A DNA stretch of 64,000 nt from Bugula neritina (Eukaryota > Animalia > Bryozoa): positions 32,974,773 through 33,038,772 of the forward strand of contig OZ037766.1 of NCBI GenBank assembly GCA_964035545.1, given 5' to 3'. The notes under the pieces are model-generated. The model saw nothing but the letters and a program-made list of their open reading frames with translations. It had not been told where the DNA came from and ran no database searches. Below are positions 24,101 through 37,270 of the stretch, piece after piece. Numbering within the stretch: position 1 is the first letter of the stretch; each line of letters begins with the position of its first letter. The position numbers and the translations under genes are program-made.

Positions 24101-27100
24101 GTAGGACTTAGTGTATGATGTCTACTCCTTCAGCTAGTAGGACTTAGTGTATAATGTCTACTCCTTCAGCTAGTAGGACTTAGTGTATCTACTCCTTCAG
24201 GTAGTAGGACTTAGTGTATAATGTCTACTCCTTCAGGTAGTAGGACTTAGTGTATGATGTCTACTCCTTCAGGTAGTAGGACTTAGTGTATGATATCTAC
24301 TCCTTCAGGTAGTAGGACTTAGTGTATGATGTCTACTCCTTCAGGTAGTAGGACTTAGTGTATAATGTCTACTCCTTCAGGTAGTAGGACTTAGTGTAAT
24401 ATGTCTACTCCTTCAGGTAGTAAGACTTAGTATATAATGTCTACTCCTTCAGGTAGTAGGACTTAGTGTATTATGTCTACTCCTTCAGGTAGTAGGACTT
24501 AGTGTATCTACTCCTTCAGCTAGTAGGACTTAGTGTATGATGTCTACTCCTTCAGGTAGTAGGACTTAGTGTATAATGTCTACTCCTTCAGCTAGTAGGA
24601 CTTAGTGTATGCTGTCTACTCCTTCAGCTAGTAGAACTTAGTGTATAATGTCTACTCCTTCAGCTAGTAGGACTTAGTGTATGATGTCTACTCCTTCAGG
24701 TAGTAGGACTTAGTGTATAATGTCTACTCCTTCAGCTAGTAGGACTTAGTGTATCTACTCCTTCAGCTAGTAGGACTTAGTGTAATATGTCTACTCCTTC
24801 AGGTAGTAAGACTTAGTATATGATGTCTACTCCTTCAGCTAGTAGGACTTAGTGTATAATGTCTACTCCTTCAGGTAGTAGGACTTAGTGTATAATGTCT
24901 ACTCCTTCAGGTAGTAGGACTTAGTGTATGATGTCTACTCCTTCAGGTAGTAGGACTTAGTGTATAATGTCTACTCCTTCAGCTAGTAGGACTTAGTGTA
25001 TCTACTCCTTCAGGTAGTAGGACTTAGTGTATAATGTCTACTCCTTCAGGTAGTAGGACTTAGTGTATGATGTCTACTCCTTCAGGTAGTAGGACTTAGT
25101 GTATAATATCTACTCCTTCAGGTAGTAGGACTTAGTGTATAATATCTACTCCTTCAGCTAGTAGGACTTAGTGTATAATGTCTACTCCTTCAGCTAGTAG
25201 GACTTAGTGTATCTACTCCTTCAGGTAGTAGGACTTAGTGTATAATGTCTACTCCTTCAGGTAGTAGGACTTAGTGTATGATGTCTACTCCTTCAGGTAG
25301 TAGGACTTAGTGTATAATGTCTACTCCTTCAGGTAGTAGGACTTAGTATGTCTACTCCTTCAGGTAGTAGGACTTAGTGTATGATGTCTACTCCTTCAGG
25401 TAGTAGGACTTAGTGTATAATGTCTACTCCTTCAGGTAGTAGGACTTAGTGTAATATGTCTACTCCTTCAGGTAGTAAGACTTAGTATATAATGTCTACT
25501 CCTTCAGGTAGTAGGACTTAGTGTATTATGTCTACTCCTTCAGGTAGTAGGACTTAGTGTATCTACTCCTTCAGCTAGTAGGACTTAGTGTATGATGTCT
25601 ACTCCTTCAGGTAGTAGGACTTAGTGTATAATATCTACTCCTTCAGCTAGTAGAACTTAGTGTATAATGTCTACTCCTTCAGGTAGTAGGACTTAGTGTA
25701 TAATGTCTACTCCTTCAGGTAGTAGGACTTAGTGTATTATGTCTACTCCTTCAGGTAGTAGGACTTAGTGTATCTACTCCTTCAGCTAGTAGGACTTAGT
25801 GTGTCTACTCCTTCAGGTAGTAGGACTTAGTGTATAATGTCTACTCCTTCAGCTAGTAGGACTTAGTGTATGATGTCTACTCCTTCAGGTAGTAGGACTT
25901 AGTGTATAATATCTACTCCTTCAGGTAGTAGGACTTAGTGTATAATATCTACTCCTTCAGCTAGTAGGACTTAGTGTATAATGTCTACTCCTTCAGCTAG
26001 TAGGACTTAGTGTATCTACTCCTTCAGGTAGTAGGACTTAGTGTATAATGTCTACTCCTTCAGGTAGTAGGACTTAGTGTATGATGTCTACTCCTTCAGG
26101 TAGTAGGACTTAGTGTATAATGTCTACTCCTTCAGGTAGTAGGACTTAGTATGTCTACTCCTTCAGGTAGTAGGACTTAGTGTATGATGTCTACTCCTTC
26201 AGGTAGTAGGACTTAGTGTATAATGTCTACTCCTTCAGGTAGTAGGACTTAGTGTAATATGTCTACTCCTTCAGGTAGTAAGACTTAGTATATAATGTCT
26301 ACTCCTTCAGGTAGTAGGACTTAGTGTATTATGTCTACTCCTTCAGGTAGTAGGACTTAGTGTATCTACTCCTTCAGCTAGTAGGACTTAGTGTATAATG
26401 TCTACTCCTTCAGGTAGTAGGACTTAGTGTATTATGTCTACTCCTTCAGCTAGTAGAACTTAGTGTGTCTACTCCTTCAGCTAGTAGGACTTAGTGTATA
26501 ATGTCTACTCCTTCAGGTAGTAGGACTTAGTATGTCTACTCCTTCAGGTAGTAGGACTTAGTGTATGATGTCTACTCCTTCAGGTAGTAGGACTTAGTGT
26601 ATAATATCTACTCCTTCAGCTAGTAGAACTTAGTGTATAATGTCTACTCCTTCAGGTAGTAGGACTTAGTGTATAATGTCTACTCCTTCAGGTAGTAGGA
26701 CTTAGTGTATTATGTCTACTCCTTCAGGTAGTAGGACTTAGTGTATCTACTCCTTCAGCTAGTAGGACTTAGTGTGTCTACTCCTTCAGGTAGTAGGACT
26801 TAGTGTATAATGTCTACTCCTTCAGCTAGTAGGACTTAGTGTATGATGTCTACTCCTTCAGGTAGTAGGACTTAGTGTATGATGTCTACTCCTTCAGCTA
26901 GTAGAACTTAGTGTATGATGTCTACTCCTTCAGGTAGTAGGACTTAGTGTATAATATCTACTCCTTCAGGTAGTAGGACTTAGTGTATAATATCTACTCC
27001 TTCAGGTAGTAGGACTTAGTGTATAATGTCTACTCCTTCAGCTAGTAGGACTTAGTGTATGATGTCTACTCCTTCAGCTAGTAGAACTTAGTGTATGATG

Positions 27101-30100
27101 TCTACTCCTTCAGGTAGTAGGACTTAGTGTATAATATCTACTCCTTCAGGTAGTAGGACTTAGTGTATAATGTCTACTCCTTCAGCTAGTAGAACTTAGT
27201 GTATGATGTCTACTCCTTCAGCTAGTAGAACTTAGTGTATGATGTCTACTCCTTCAGGTAGTAGGACTTAGTGTATAATATCTACTCCTTCAGGTAGTAG
27301 GACTTAGTGTATAATGTCTACTCCTTCAGGTAGTAGGACTTAGTGTATGATGTCTACTCCTTCAGGTAGTAGGACTTAGTGTATGATGTCTACTCCTTCA
27401 GCTAGTAGAACTTAGTGTGTCTACTCCTTCAGGTAGTAGGACTTAGTGTAATATGTCTACTCCTTCAGGTAGTAGGACTTAGTGTATCTACTCCTTCAGG
27501 TAGTAGAACTTAGTGTATAATGTCTACTCCTTCAGGTAGTAGAACTTAGTGTGTCTACTCCTTCAGCTAGTAGGACTTAGTGTATAATGTCTACTCCTTC
27601 CTGTGACATTTCAAGGCATGTATGTAATAGAGATCTCATTGCGTATGATGCAATACTTATATTTTCTATCTATAAAATATCCAACACATCCATTTCCCTC
27701 TCCTAATTATCTCTCAACATTCTTCAAATAAAAATATCACATATAGTAAAAATTTATGGAATGCATTTCCACCGGATAAGTAAAGTTGTCTTCTTGTTTA
27801 CCAGGAAACTTATACCAGGTAACTAAAGGTTCACATGTTTACAGCAGAAGATTGTAGGTGTTTCCCAACAGCGGTGCTTAGTTCAAAGCTCTGTTATGAT
27901 TATAATGATGGTTTACTTGTCTCTTGTATGAATACCAGGTTCATTTTATATATTTTAATGTAACACGCAGTTGTTCTTTGGCTGCAGAAGTAGAAAGCTC
28001 TGCTGTAACCCCGGCCACTCAGGTTTCTCGTGAACTGGTGATGTCTCGCAGTAGCAGCCACAACCAGACGTCAGCGGCCGGCAGTGAGAGAGACCAGAGC
28101 CCCTCTGCCTTCTCTCGAGTCACCGATGATGTCATAGCAACAGTTCCTGGAGAAGGCAGCGAAATTGCTGTCGACCCGAATGACATTCTGTCTACAGATG
28201 ACGAGGTATGTACTACTCTCTCTAGGGTTAGTATCCTCTCTCTCTAGGGTTAGTATCCTCTCTCTCTAGGGTTAGTATCCTCTCTCTCTATGGTTAGTAT
28301 CCTCTCTCTCTATGGTTAGTACCCTCTCTCTATGGTTAGTACCCTCTCTCTCTCTAGGGTTAGTATCCTCTCTCTCTAGGGTTAGTATCCTCTCTCTCTA
28401 GGGTTAGTATCCTCTCTCTAGGGTTAGTATCCTCTCTCTAGGGTTAGTATCCTCTCTCTAGGGTTAGTATCCTCTCTCTAGGGTTAGTATCCTCTCTCTC
28501 TAGGGTTAGTATCCTCTCTCTATGGTTAGTATCCTCTCTCTCTAGGGTTAGTATCCTCTCTATAGGGTTAGTATGATACAACTGTGTGTGAACATATTCT
28601 AGCTTGAGATCTCAGTGATTTATGTGTAGAGAGTTGGGGTATGTATCTAAGGAACTCCCTCTTTGATAAGCCCTCATACTTACTTTAATGTTGAATAGTT
28701 TAGTACTGCACACTACTTAGCTAGCTTCCTTGGATACTAGGCATAACAAATGTATATCATTGTTATAACATTCACGTTATCAACCAATGTGTATGATTTT
28801 CAGATGAGAAAGTTGAGAAAAGCTAACTCAAAGCCTACTGTCAGGCTTATGGTTACCAAACCAAATGTATGATGTAATACTGCGTATTTTAGTCATGCTC
28901 GTTTCTGATAGTTTACCAATTTCTTAGCACCATGTATATTTGCTGCCGCCCTTTTCTACAGCTGTTCCTTTCCAATGCTTCATTGTCTACACATGTTACT
29001 AGTCACATGCAGTCAAATCTATTCAGTATTTCAGAAAATAAAGTTTCACAACCTGTAGTCTCAGACTCAGTAACGTCTTGTGAATTTACAATAATGATTT
29101 ATTACAAAATTCAAGTCTGGCTTCACTGTTTGGGAATCAGTTGAGTTGAAGATTCCAATCTGAAAAGATTTCACTGCTGGATAGTAACAATAGACATCCT
29201 GTTGTGTGTAGAGATGCCGTAGATGCGTAGATGTGATATTTGGCTTTTGTCTGCTCATTTTCCCTTTTGGTACTTTTCTACCGCTTAATCCATAGCAAAA
29301 TATGCTTTTTTTAAATATAAAATGGAAAAACCAGATTAAATTTATAAATCATTCATGCACAAACTTTATCATTTTTTTTATTTTTCACATTTTGTTTTGT
29401 CTGTAGCATGCTTTATAATCAACTGAAATAATATAATTATACATGATACTATATCATTATATTAGTATAGCAATGTAAGTTATCTTCTCTCTGAATACAG
29501 GATGAGATAAGTCTAGTATCTTCTCAAGCCGTCTCGCACATTTCCACCAAGGGTGAGAACTTCCTCTCAGATGCTACCGTAGTGAACTACGGAATTAAGG
29601 TCAAGGATGAACTAATTGAGCGATGTGCCACGGCGCTCAGTCACAATGAGATGGTGACAAAGAGGGAAAATGGATCCGCTAAAAGTTTTGAGAGAACGCG
29701 TGCACTTGCCCAGAATATAGCAATGTAAGAATCCTTGTCTATTTACTGCAGCGCCATACTTACTTATTTTTGTTTGTGTCAGTTTGTCATATGTACTTTC
29801 TATCTACCTGTATCATAGGTATTTTGTAAATATGATATTATAAATATATTATAGCTATATTATATATGTTATAGATTTATCATGTATATTATGTTTTATA
29901 GACTTACTGTATAAATATACTTATATTATAGATGTATTGTAAATATTATATTATAGGTGTATTATATATATTATATTATAAATACATTACAGATATTTCA
30001 TGAGAGATATATTCTGCTTGTAGGAAGAAGGAGCGGTGGGAGACGATACAGCTGCTCCTAAAAAGAGGAGCTAACCCTAATGTGTGCTCGGTGCCAATGC

Positions 30101-33100
30101 CCGCACTAGTCTTCACAATCAAAGCTGGGGATATGGAGGCTACAAAGCTACTTCTGCTGAAAGGAGCGAATGCCAATCTCCGGCTCCCAGAGAAGGTAAA
30201 TGAGACCCCGCCTTCTCTGGGGCAGAAGTTCGTTTAGTTTCTATAAGTTGGAAATTTTGATTGACTGAGTTTTATAGTTTGCTGTTTGCAAAGAAATATG
30301 CAATTGCTTTCTGGGATTGTCTCTAGCTTTCATACTGTTTTAAAGTTGAACACAATTAGTAACCATTTTACTAACAGTTGATGTAGAAATATTTCCTTAA
30401 ACTAAAAATAAGATTTACTGTCATTGCCAGGTAAAACATTAATGGCTAGTAACTAGAGTGGTCGTACACAATTCAAATGTTGAATAAAATTTGCTTGATT
30501 GAAGAAACTAAGTTATAAAATCTGATGTACCTAGTTTTACATTTATAGAAAGGAGGATTGTCCCCCCTTCACCTAGCAGCCGGTACACCTGGTGCAGAGG
30601 GGATACTAATAACTGAGTACCTACTAGATGCCCTGAGTGACCCGGACGCAAGGGCAACGGCAGACAACTCCTACTTAGACCCAGACGATGAGCTCGGCAA
30701 GGAAGACGGGGCGGACGAGTGGAGCGATGAAGAGCCGTCTGCGGGTAGAACTCCGCTGCATATAGCCTGTTCCAGAGACGACGATTACACGGTAGGGAGA
30801 TATAGCCTGTTCCAGAGATGACGATTACACGGTAGGGCGATATAGCCTGCTCTAGAGCTGACGTCAGCTAATAGCAGACGTCAGCTAACAGCAGACGTCA
30901 GCTAACAGCTGGCTATTGTGTCTGTTTCAGAGCGCTGCCAGCGTTGTTCATCTGCTGCTCGACCACAAGGCTGACGCTGATGTGCTGTGTAATGGTCACT
31001 CCCCTCTCTCCTTAGCTATTGTCAGCGGTAACGACCTGGTAAGTTTACCGATGACGTATTACTGGTTATTAGGTATTCAAATTATCAAAATCTATGTGAT
31101 ATTATGGGTTGAAGATTGTGCCTCCAGCTGATAACCTTTGGTTGAGCTATCAGCAGGTCAAGGTCAAGGGGATTCTCTTATTTTAGCTACCAGAATATGT
31201 TGTAGGCTATTGCCGAGTTACTGAAGTTCAGGGCTAACCCTAGTCTGAGACTTACTCACGGTAACGGCAATGCTTTGTGTGTGGCGAGTCACACTGCATA
31301 CGAACACAGACGGTCCGCTGATGCTAGGATTAACTTGGTGAGAACTTACTTTACTTGTTAACTACTCTTTATTTAGCCTATTTGAGTCTTACTGAAAACA
31401 AGTTAAAGTCGGGAGTTAGAATAGGACCTCTCATTCTGCGCTGACTCGCTTAGTGTAGACTCTTAGGCTATGTTATAAACCACACCCATACTTCTCATTT
31501 CCTGTCCTAGTTGACTTTCCAACTAAGTTACTCTAAAATATTCTCTTAGTTTAACTTCCTTCCTGTTGCTGTTCCTGTGATGTCATCACTCAACTTGTAT
31601 TCTAGAGAAATTTTTTATGAGCTGCCAGTTCTTTTCCTTCATTCTTCCAACTTTTGGAAACTGACTGGTTACAATTTTGTGTAGATTGATAAACTGGTTG
31701 AAAATGGTGCTGACATATTGGCCTTAATTCCAATCGGACCTAAGCAAGTACAGGGGACAGCGCTAGACTACGCCTACCACATATTCAATCTGGTAACTAT
31801 TATTAACTCTCTCCACATAAAATACTTAACACTCTCAATAAACCAGGGAGAAAAAGATTTGGTGAATTTTGCGGTAGAAACATTGCCTGTTTTGTATGCA
31901 CTAAATATTTTCATACCAACATACAAAAATCATGTGCTGTAAATTGTAAAAACGTTGATCTAGTATGTACTTACACTACTGTATGTACTTTACTTTATAC
32001 TGTTAGTAGTACATGCTGTGTATACTGTATATACGGTATGTACAGTATATACTACAGGTACTGTATAATATATGGTATATACTGTAGGTACTGTGGCATT
32101 GGATATTATCCAACTGCATCTCACAGCCAATCAATTTTATTAGTTCAACCTGAAAAAATGTCTTACAGACAAGATATTTACAATAATATAATATTGCAAT
32201 ATATTAATAAGATAAGATAATCGTAAAGTATAATATAACACTGTAATATAATAATATAATATAATATAACACTGTAATATAATAATATAATATAATATAA
32301 CACTGTAATATATTAATATAATATAATATAACACTGTAATATAATAATATAATATAATATAACACTATAATATAATACAGAGTTGACACGTGTTATGAAT
32401 GATGTACATAGGATAGAAGAATAGCTCACATGCCGTACCACGCACTCTCCTACTCCGAGAGAGAAACCTACAATGCCAGACGGAGGTTGCTGAGTCACAT
32501 GGGGGACGTGGTGAGACTCAAGTGTGTTGAGAGAGAGCAGAAGAGGCTAGAAGACGAAATCGCTGCCGGTATTCCGTGTAAGTCAGCATTTCATGGCTTC
32601 ATTATAGTAATATAATAGTAATATAGGCTACATATCAACATATTACAGCTGTAATATTACTGTAATATAAACTACATATCAACATATTATAGCTGTAATA
32701 TTGCAGTAATATAAGCTACATATCAACATATTATAGCTGTAATATTACAGTAATATAAGCTACATATCAACATATTATAGCAGTAATATTACAGTAATAT
32801 AAGCTACATATCAACATATTATAGCTGTAATATTACAGTAATATAAGCTACATATCAACATATTATAGCTGTAATATTACAGTAATATAAACTACATATC
32901 AACATATTATAGCTGTAATATTACAGTAATATAAGCTACATATCAACATATTATAGCTGTAATATTACAGTAATATAAGCTACATATCAACATGTTTCAG
33001 CCCGAAGTCCATCTGCCCGTTTCCTGTTTACCGGTTCAGGAGCCAAAGTGCCAGGCAAGGACCAGGTGGACGGGAGGGAGGCTGGGGAAGGGAAAGTCAA

Positions 33101-36100
33101 GTTTAACATCTCAGAGAAAGGAGGGGACGGTAGTAACATGGCCCCTAATGTGCGGTGAGAGTCATGTGAGGTTATATTACTAGTGTGAATTATCTAGACT
33201 TTCCATGTTTTAGTCACCTCGGGCAAGTCATGTGACCTTCAACAGTGATCTGTGTATTAAACTGTCATATACCAAGCTTACACCATTGATTGATTTCTTT
33301 CAAGTTTCAGGAGTTGGCTATAGTCATCAAAAAATGCTTTATTATCAGCTAAAGATCTCGACATTTATATAAAAGTCCTAAACATTAATTTTTTATCTCA
33401 ATAATTATTTGCAATTAATGTTTGAAGAATCTAAATGTGGATAGTGTTGAGCTATAATTATTATTATATTCATCCGGGTTAAAACTTATTGAAATAGTTT
33501 GTAGTTTGTCAGCTTTTAAAAATGTCTTGCTGGAGCGAATAAAAAGTAACTAGTACATTCAAATATTATTATTTATTATACCAGTTATAAATTTACGAGC
33601 CCATCATATCAGTGTTTCAATGTGATATTATTTTAAGCTGCACAACGCAACACAAGTCGTATGGTGTAGCGGTTATCACGTCTGCTTTACACGCAGAAGG
33701 TCGCGGGTTCGATCCCCGCTATGACCTGTTTTTTTTCTTTTTTCAAGCTGCTTTGAAAATCACATAAGTTATAATTTTATAACTGGATTTCACTACACTA
33801 ATTTGAAAATCTTGATAATCAACACATAAAGATAATAACATAGTTTTGACTTGGCAGTATTAAATTGTATTATATTATGTTTAGTTTTGATGCAACTTGC
33901 TGTACATGCACTACATTGGGGTGTAATAACTGATTAATATTATTCACAGTGACTTAGAGAAGGGAATCATGACCATAGGGCCATACCATCCATACAACTC
34001 CACCATCACATCCAATCTCTACAAGCATTCTAAAGCTTTAGTCAGGTCTTGCTGCTTTGATTTCATTTTATATTCTGTTTATCTTGATTACAGCTATACA
34101 GTTTCTTCTCTTCTGTTTCTACTCTCTCTCTAGTATCTTGTTCCTTTGTACCACTGCTCTAGAGTATTGATAGCTAGGCTGAAGTGAAATGTATAACTGA
34201 CTAGTGTTAGAGTTGTTGTACCTGTAGTCATGCTAGTCTCTTCTTGGCTAAATTATTTATCTACATTCTACACTGTATGTAGCATTCAGAACTGAATATT
34301 ACCAAATTTTAATTATACGTGATTTATATTGAATTTCTTATCAAAACTAATGAATAGATTTGCATTATATAATAGTTTTATCTCTAATATCTATATTATT
34401 TACAGAGAATATTTATATAATGATACAAATAATATGTTGCAATATTATGTAACATTTTACATATATTGATGAAGTAACGGCTAGTTAATATATTATTAAA
34501 ACCTAAACATATAGAAATATATACAGATAATATTTCATATTATCATAGTATAGTTATATTGTGAAACAAATAATACGTTGAACAGATATAAATTGTGAGA
34601 TGTGTAGAATTGTAGAACTGTAGAGCTTGTGACATGTAAAACTGTAACATATAAGAAAATTTATTACATTTCTGTTGGTTTCAAGTGCGTATATAATTAC
34701 AACAATATATAAATACGATATGTGATCTTATATATATAACTTCATATCCTATACTGATGTTGTGTGTATATGTTATTTCACATTATTATTATGTTTTGTT
34801 GCAAATAGACGGCCATTGTTTAAATACTGCTACGATTGTGGGAGATCCATAAACGTTCGGCTGACTGCGTGCACCAGGTGCAAAGAAGTGTACTTCTGCA
34901 GCAAGACGTGCAAGGTGAAGGCGTGGAACGCTCGGCATAAAGACGAGTGTATAAGAATGCAAGGTCAGTAACTATATGGATATTCCAGTATGACGGAATA
35001 CTCCAGTCACATGATATTTAAGCAGAATATATTTGGTATTTATTACTAACTTAGATCAGCTGTGAAATGTAAATATTTTTACTATAACGCAAAATGTGTA
35101 GTCTCATTGGTTACTATTCATACACAAGTGGCTAAGTTTGATATATAAATTTTTAAAATACTAAAACGTTGCCTAATATACTTAAATAATAGAATGTACA
35201 TGTAGATGTGATCTGTGTGCATTATGAATGTATAAGCATAATCGATATGTATGAAAAGCTATTTTTTAAAGTGCCAATGTGTATACAGCAACATTGAGCT
35301 CTAAACAATTACCACATTTAATGTTATGTTATATTGTTCAACTACTGAATAGTAAGCATTGGCTCTCAGATTAGAAAATATTTTGCAGTAAAAATTTAGT
35401 GCAGTTCAAAAATGATATTTTCAAATCTTTATGAGTTCAAGTGAAAATATGACCTACAATATTTGAGTCTCGTGACTTTAGGTGAAAGGTCAGGGTCATC
35501 TGCTTTCTCTAATAAACAAAGTAGTACACATTCTCTGTCTCTCTCACCTATCAAAGGTAACTCTATAATCTGCTAGCCTCGAATTCTAACCATTTCATGT
35601 TCCTCTACCAACCTCAACTATGTTCTCATTCAGTTATATTTCATGTTCCTCTACCAACCTCAGCTACGTTCTCATTCAGTTATATTTCATGTTCCTCCAC
35701 CAACCTCAGCTCCATTCTCAGACATAACCCGTTATAACAAATAAATTCATGACTCAATAAATTAGTTCTTGGAAGTAATTTGGTGCAGTTGATGACTCAG
35801 CTTTAGTTTTTATACAAATAATATACATTATACTATTCTTATTATTTATTATTATACTATTATTATATATTATTATTATACTATTATTATATATTAATAT
35901 TATACTATTATTATATATTATTATTATATATACTATTATATATTATATACATTATACTATTATTATCTATTATGTATTGTTGTGTATAATTTATAGAGAA
36001 GTGTTATTTAATATGTTTATATTTATTGTTTACCAATTGAGTAATTTGAAATCATTGCAGCTATTGTATGTCTCAGAATTTACACATATGCCTTCAGTTT

Positions 36101-36634
36101 TGTTCTATCAGCATAGATAGGAGGTCAACTTAGACCGAGATAATCTGAGAAATGTTTTATATAGTCTGAGAACTAATGAAATACTTAACGCAGGTTCAAA
36201 GAATCCATCTCGTACAACGAGTCATGCCAAGTCTGCCCCAGCTAAGTATGGCGGAAGAGGCGGGGCTTATTATGGTAACATCAACCCTAAGCGGGCTGCG
36301 AAAATGGAGAAGTCATACAACATGATGCGTAGACCAACAGATAAGACGCTGGTGAGTAGACAGAATACATAGTGTGTAGACGTCTTGTAAGGGAAAGTTA
36401 TCTTCAGACTAAATTATACTTGTTGAAACTTGGTGACATGCTATACTGTGTGTGACACACAGTACTATGTGTGACATCTGCTTGCAGGGGTCCAAACAGT
36501 ATTGGAACAGCCAACCCAACTTGACAGGAGGGAAAAATAGACAGTTTCACCGACACAACCAGCATGGAGGGGGCCGCATGAGCCCCGACCTCATGCCATT
36601 TGTAGCCTTCATGGATAACTACAGCTTTGTCTAA
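18144..36634 (+). CDS. ANKMY1: Ankyrin repeat and MYND domain protein 1 (N-terminal MORN repeats, ankyrin repeats, MYND zinc finger)
   Basis: Exons 18144-18330, 18609-18703, 18993-19139, 19358-19680, 20175-20309, 20890-21115, 21549-21726, 22068-22157, 22611-22769 (less sure), 27988-28205, 29501-29724, 30024-30195, 30549-30791, 30931-31038, 31206-31337, 31685-31792, 32412-32577, 33001-33154, 34809-34963, 35482-35556, 36194-36351, 36488-36634. MORN ([14 protein letters not shown]), ankyrin ([18 protein letters not shown]) and MYND (CYDCGRS...[27 protein letters not shown]) motifs. Confidence 0.92.
21734..21885. repeat. 21-bp repeat directly after a donor
   Basis: Unit tatattgtggttattatagta, about 7 copies. 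Confidence 0.9.
22548..22622. repeat. 20-bp repeat duplicating an acceptor
   Basis: (cactttgtag|ccatggttct), about 4 copies. Confidence 0.92.
22761..27600. repeat. 4.8-kb minisatellite with 36-bp unit (31- and 29-bp variants) seeded on a donor
   Basis: Unit ctccttcag|gtagtaggacttagtgtataatgtcta, roughly 135-140 copies by length. Confidence 0.98.
28216..28574. repeat. About 20-22-bp repeat after a donor
   Basis: Unit cctctctctagggttagtat. Confidence 0.92.
30760..30858. repeat. 40-bp repeat duplicating a donor
   Basis: atatagcctgttccagagaYgacgattacacg|gtaggg, about 2.5 copies. Confidence 0.92.
32612..32993. repeat. 42-bp repeat ending at an acceptor
   Basis: Unit agctacatatcaacatattatagctgtaatattacagtaatata, about 9 copies. 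Confidence 0.93.
33655..33727 (+). tRNA. tRNA-Val(TAC), intronic in ANKMY1; A1-C72 mismatch
   Basis: Cloverleaf: D arm GTGTAGCGGTTATCAC, anticodon arm TCTGC-TTTACAC-GCAGA, T arm GCGGG-TTCGATC-CCCGC; oligo-T Pol III terminator directly downstream. Confidence 0.88.
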
Positions 36635-36709
36635 TTCCTGTACTTACTCACCACATTGTGTTGGTAGCCATTTTACTACTTTGGAGTTATCTCCCTTCCT
36701 TTACATAGT

Positions 36710-36715
36710 AATAAA
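36710..36715 (+). terminator. Putative ANKMY1 polyadenylation signal
   Basis: AATAAA 76 bp after the stop codon. Confidence 0.45.
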
Positions 36716-36879
36716 TTTTCCTCACATCTGTTGACTATTATTACATTTGCAATTCTGATGTTAAGGTCAGCTTTTTTCGAGTATTTTATAAAGCATATTC
36801 TTTTACTTGCTGTAAAGTTACGATGAAAACGAACAGTTGAGTAACAGCACGAAACAAGGTGTTCCCAATATTTACATTC

Positions 36880-36885
36880 TTTATT
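36880..36885 (-). terminator. Putative JADE polyadenylation signal
   Basis: TTTATT on plus (AATAAA on minus) about 390 bp after the JADE stop. Confidence 0.35.
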
Positions 36886-37270
36886 CTCATTTCATAGTGA
36901 ATACAATTCCAATTTCATGATAGACAAAATAACCAACTTTGGTTGCTAAAGAATCAAAACTTTTAACAATCTTTGACAGAAAATTCATTTAAATTATTTA
37001 CAAACAGAGAGAAAGTATAGAATGAGGTGAAAGCGTGAAATATAACAGCCCTGCTGCGTCACGCATTATTCCAGGGTGTGACGTAATGTAACGTCCCAAC
37101 ATTTCAAAACTATATACTGTACATAATATTGAGCATTTTATATTATAATGTAGAAAACGTGAAGTAAATTATGAGGATTTGCCTAAATTATCTACAGACA
37201 AACACGTAATAATCAAGTAGAAGATGGGCGTGACCTAGAAGAGGGGCGTGACCTAGGAGAGAGTTGTAAC

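Noticed and set aside
22761-27600. CRISPR-like array (constant repeat with variable middle)
   Set aside because: The variable parts are a few recurring point or indel variants, not unique spacers; no cas genes; it lies in a eukaryotic intron
28216-28574. Telomere-like TAGGGTTAG in the repeat unit
   Set aside because: No contiguous (TTAGGG)n tract
28804-28839. Possible 36-nt ANKMY1 micro-exon
   Set aside because: Weak donor (gtcagg) and no homology support
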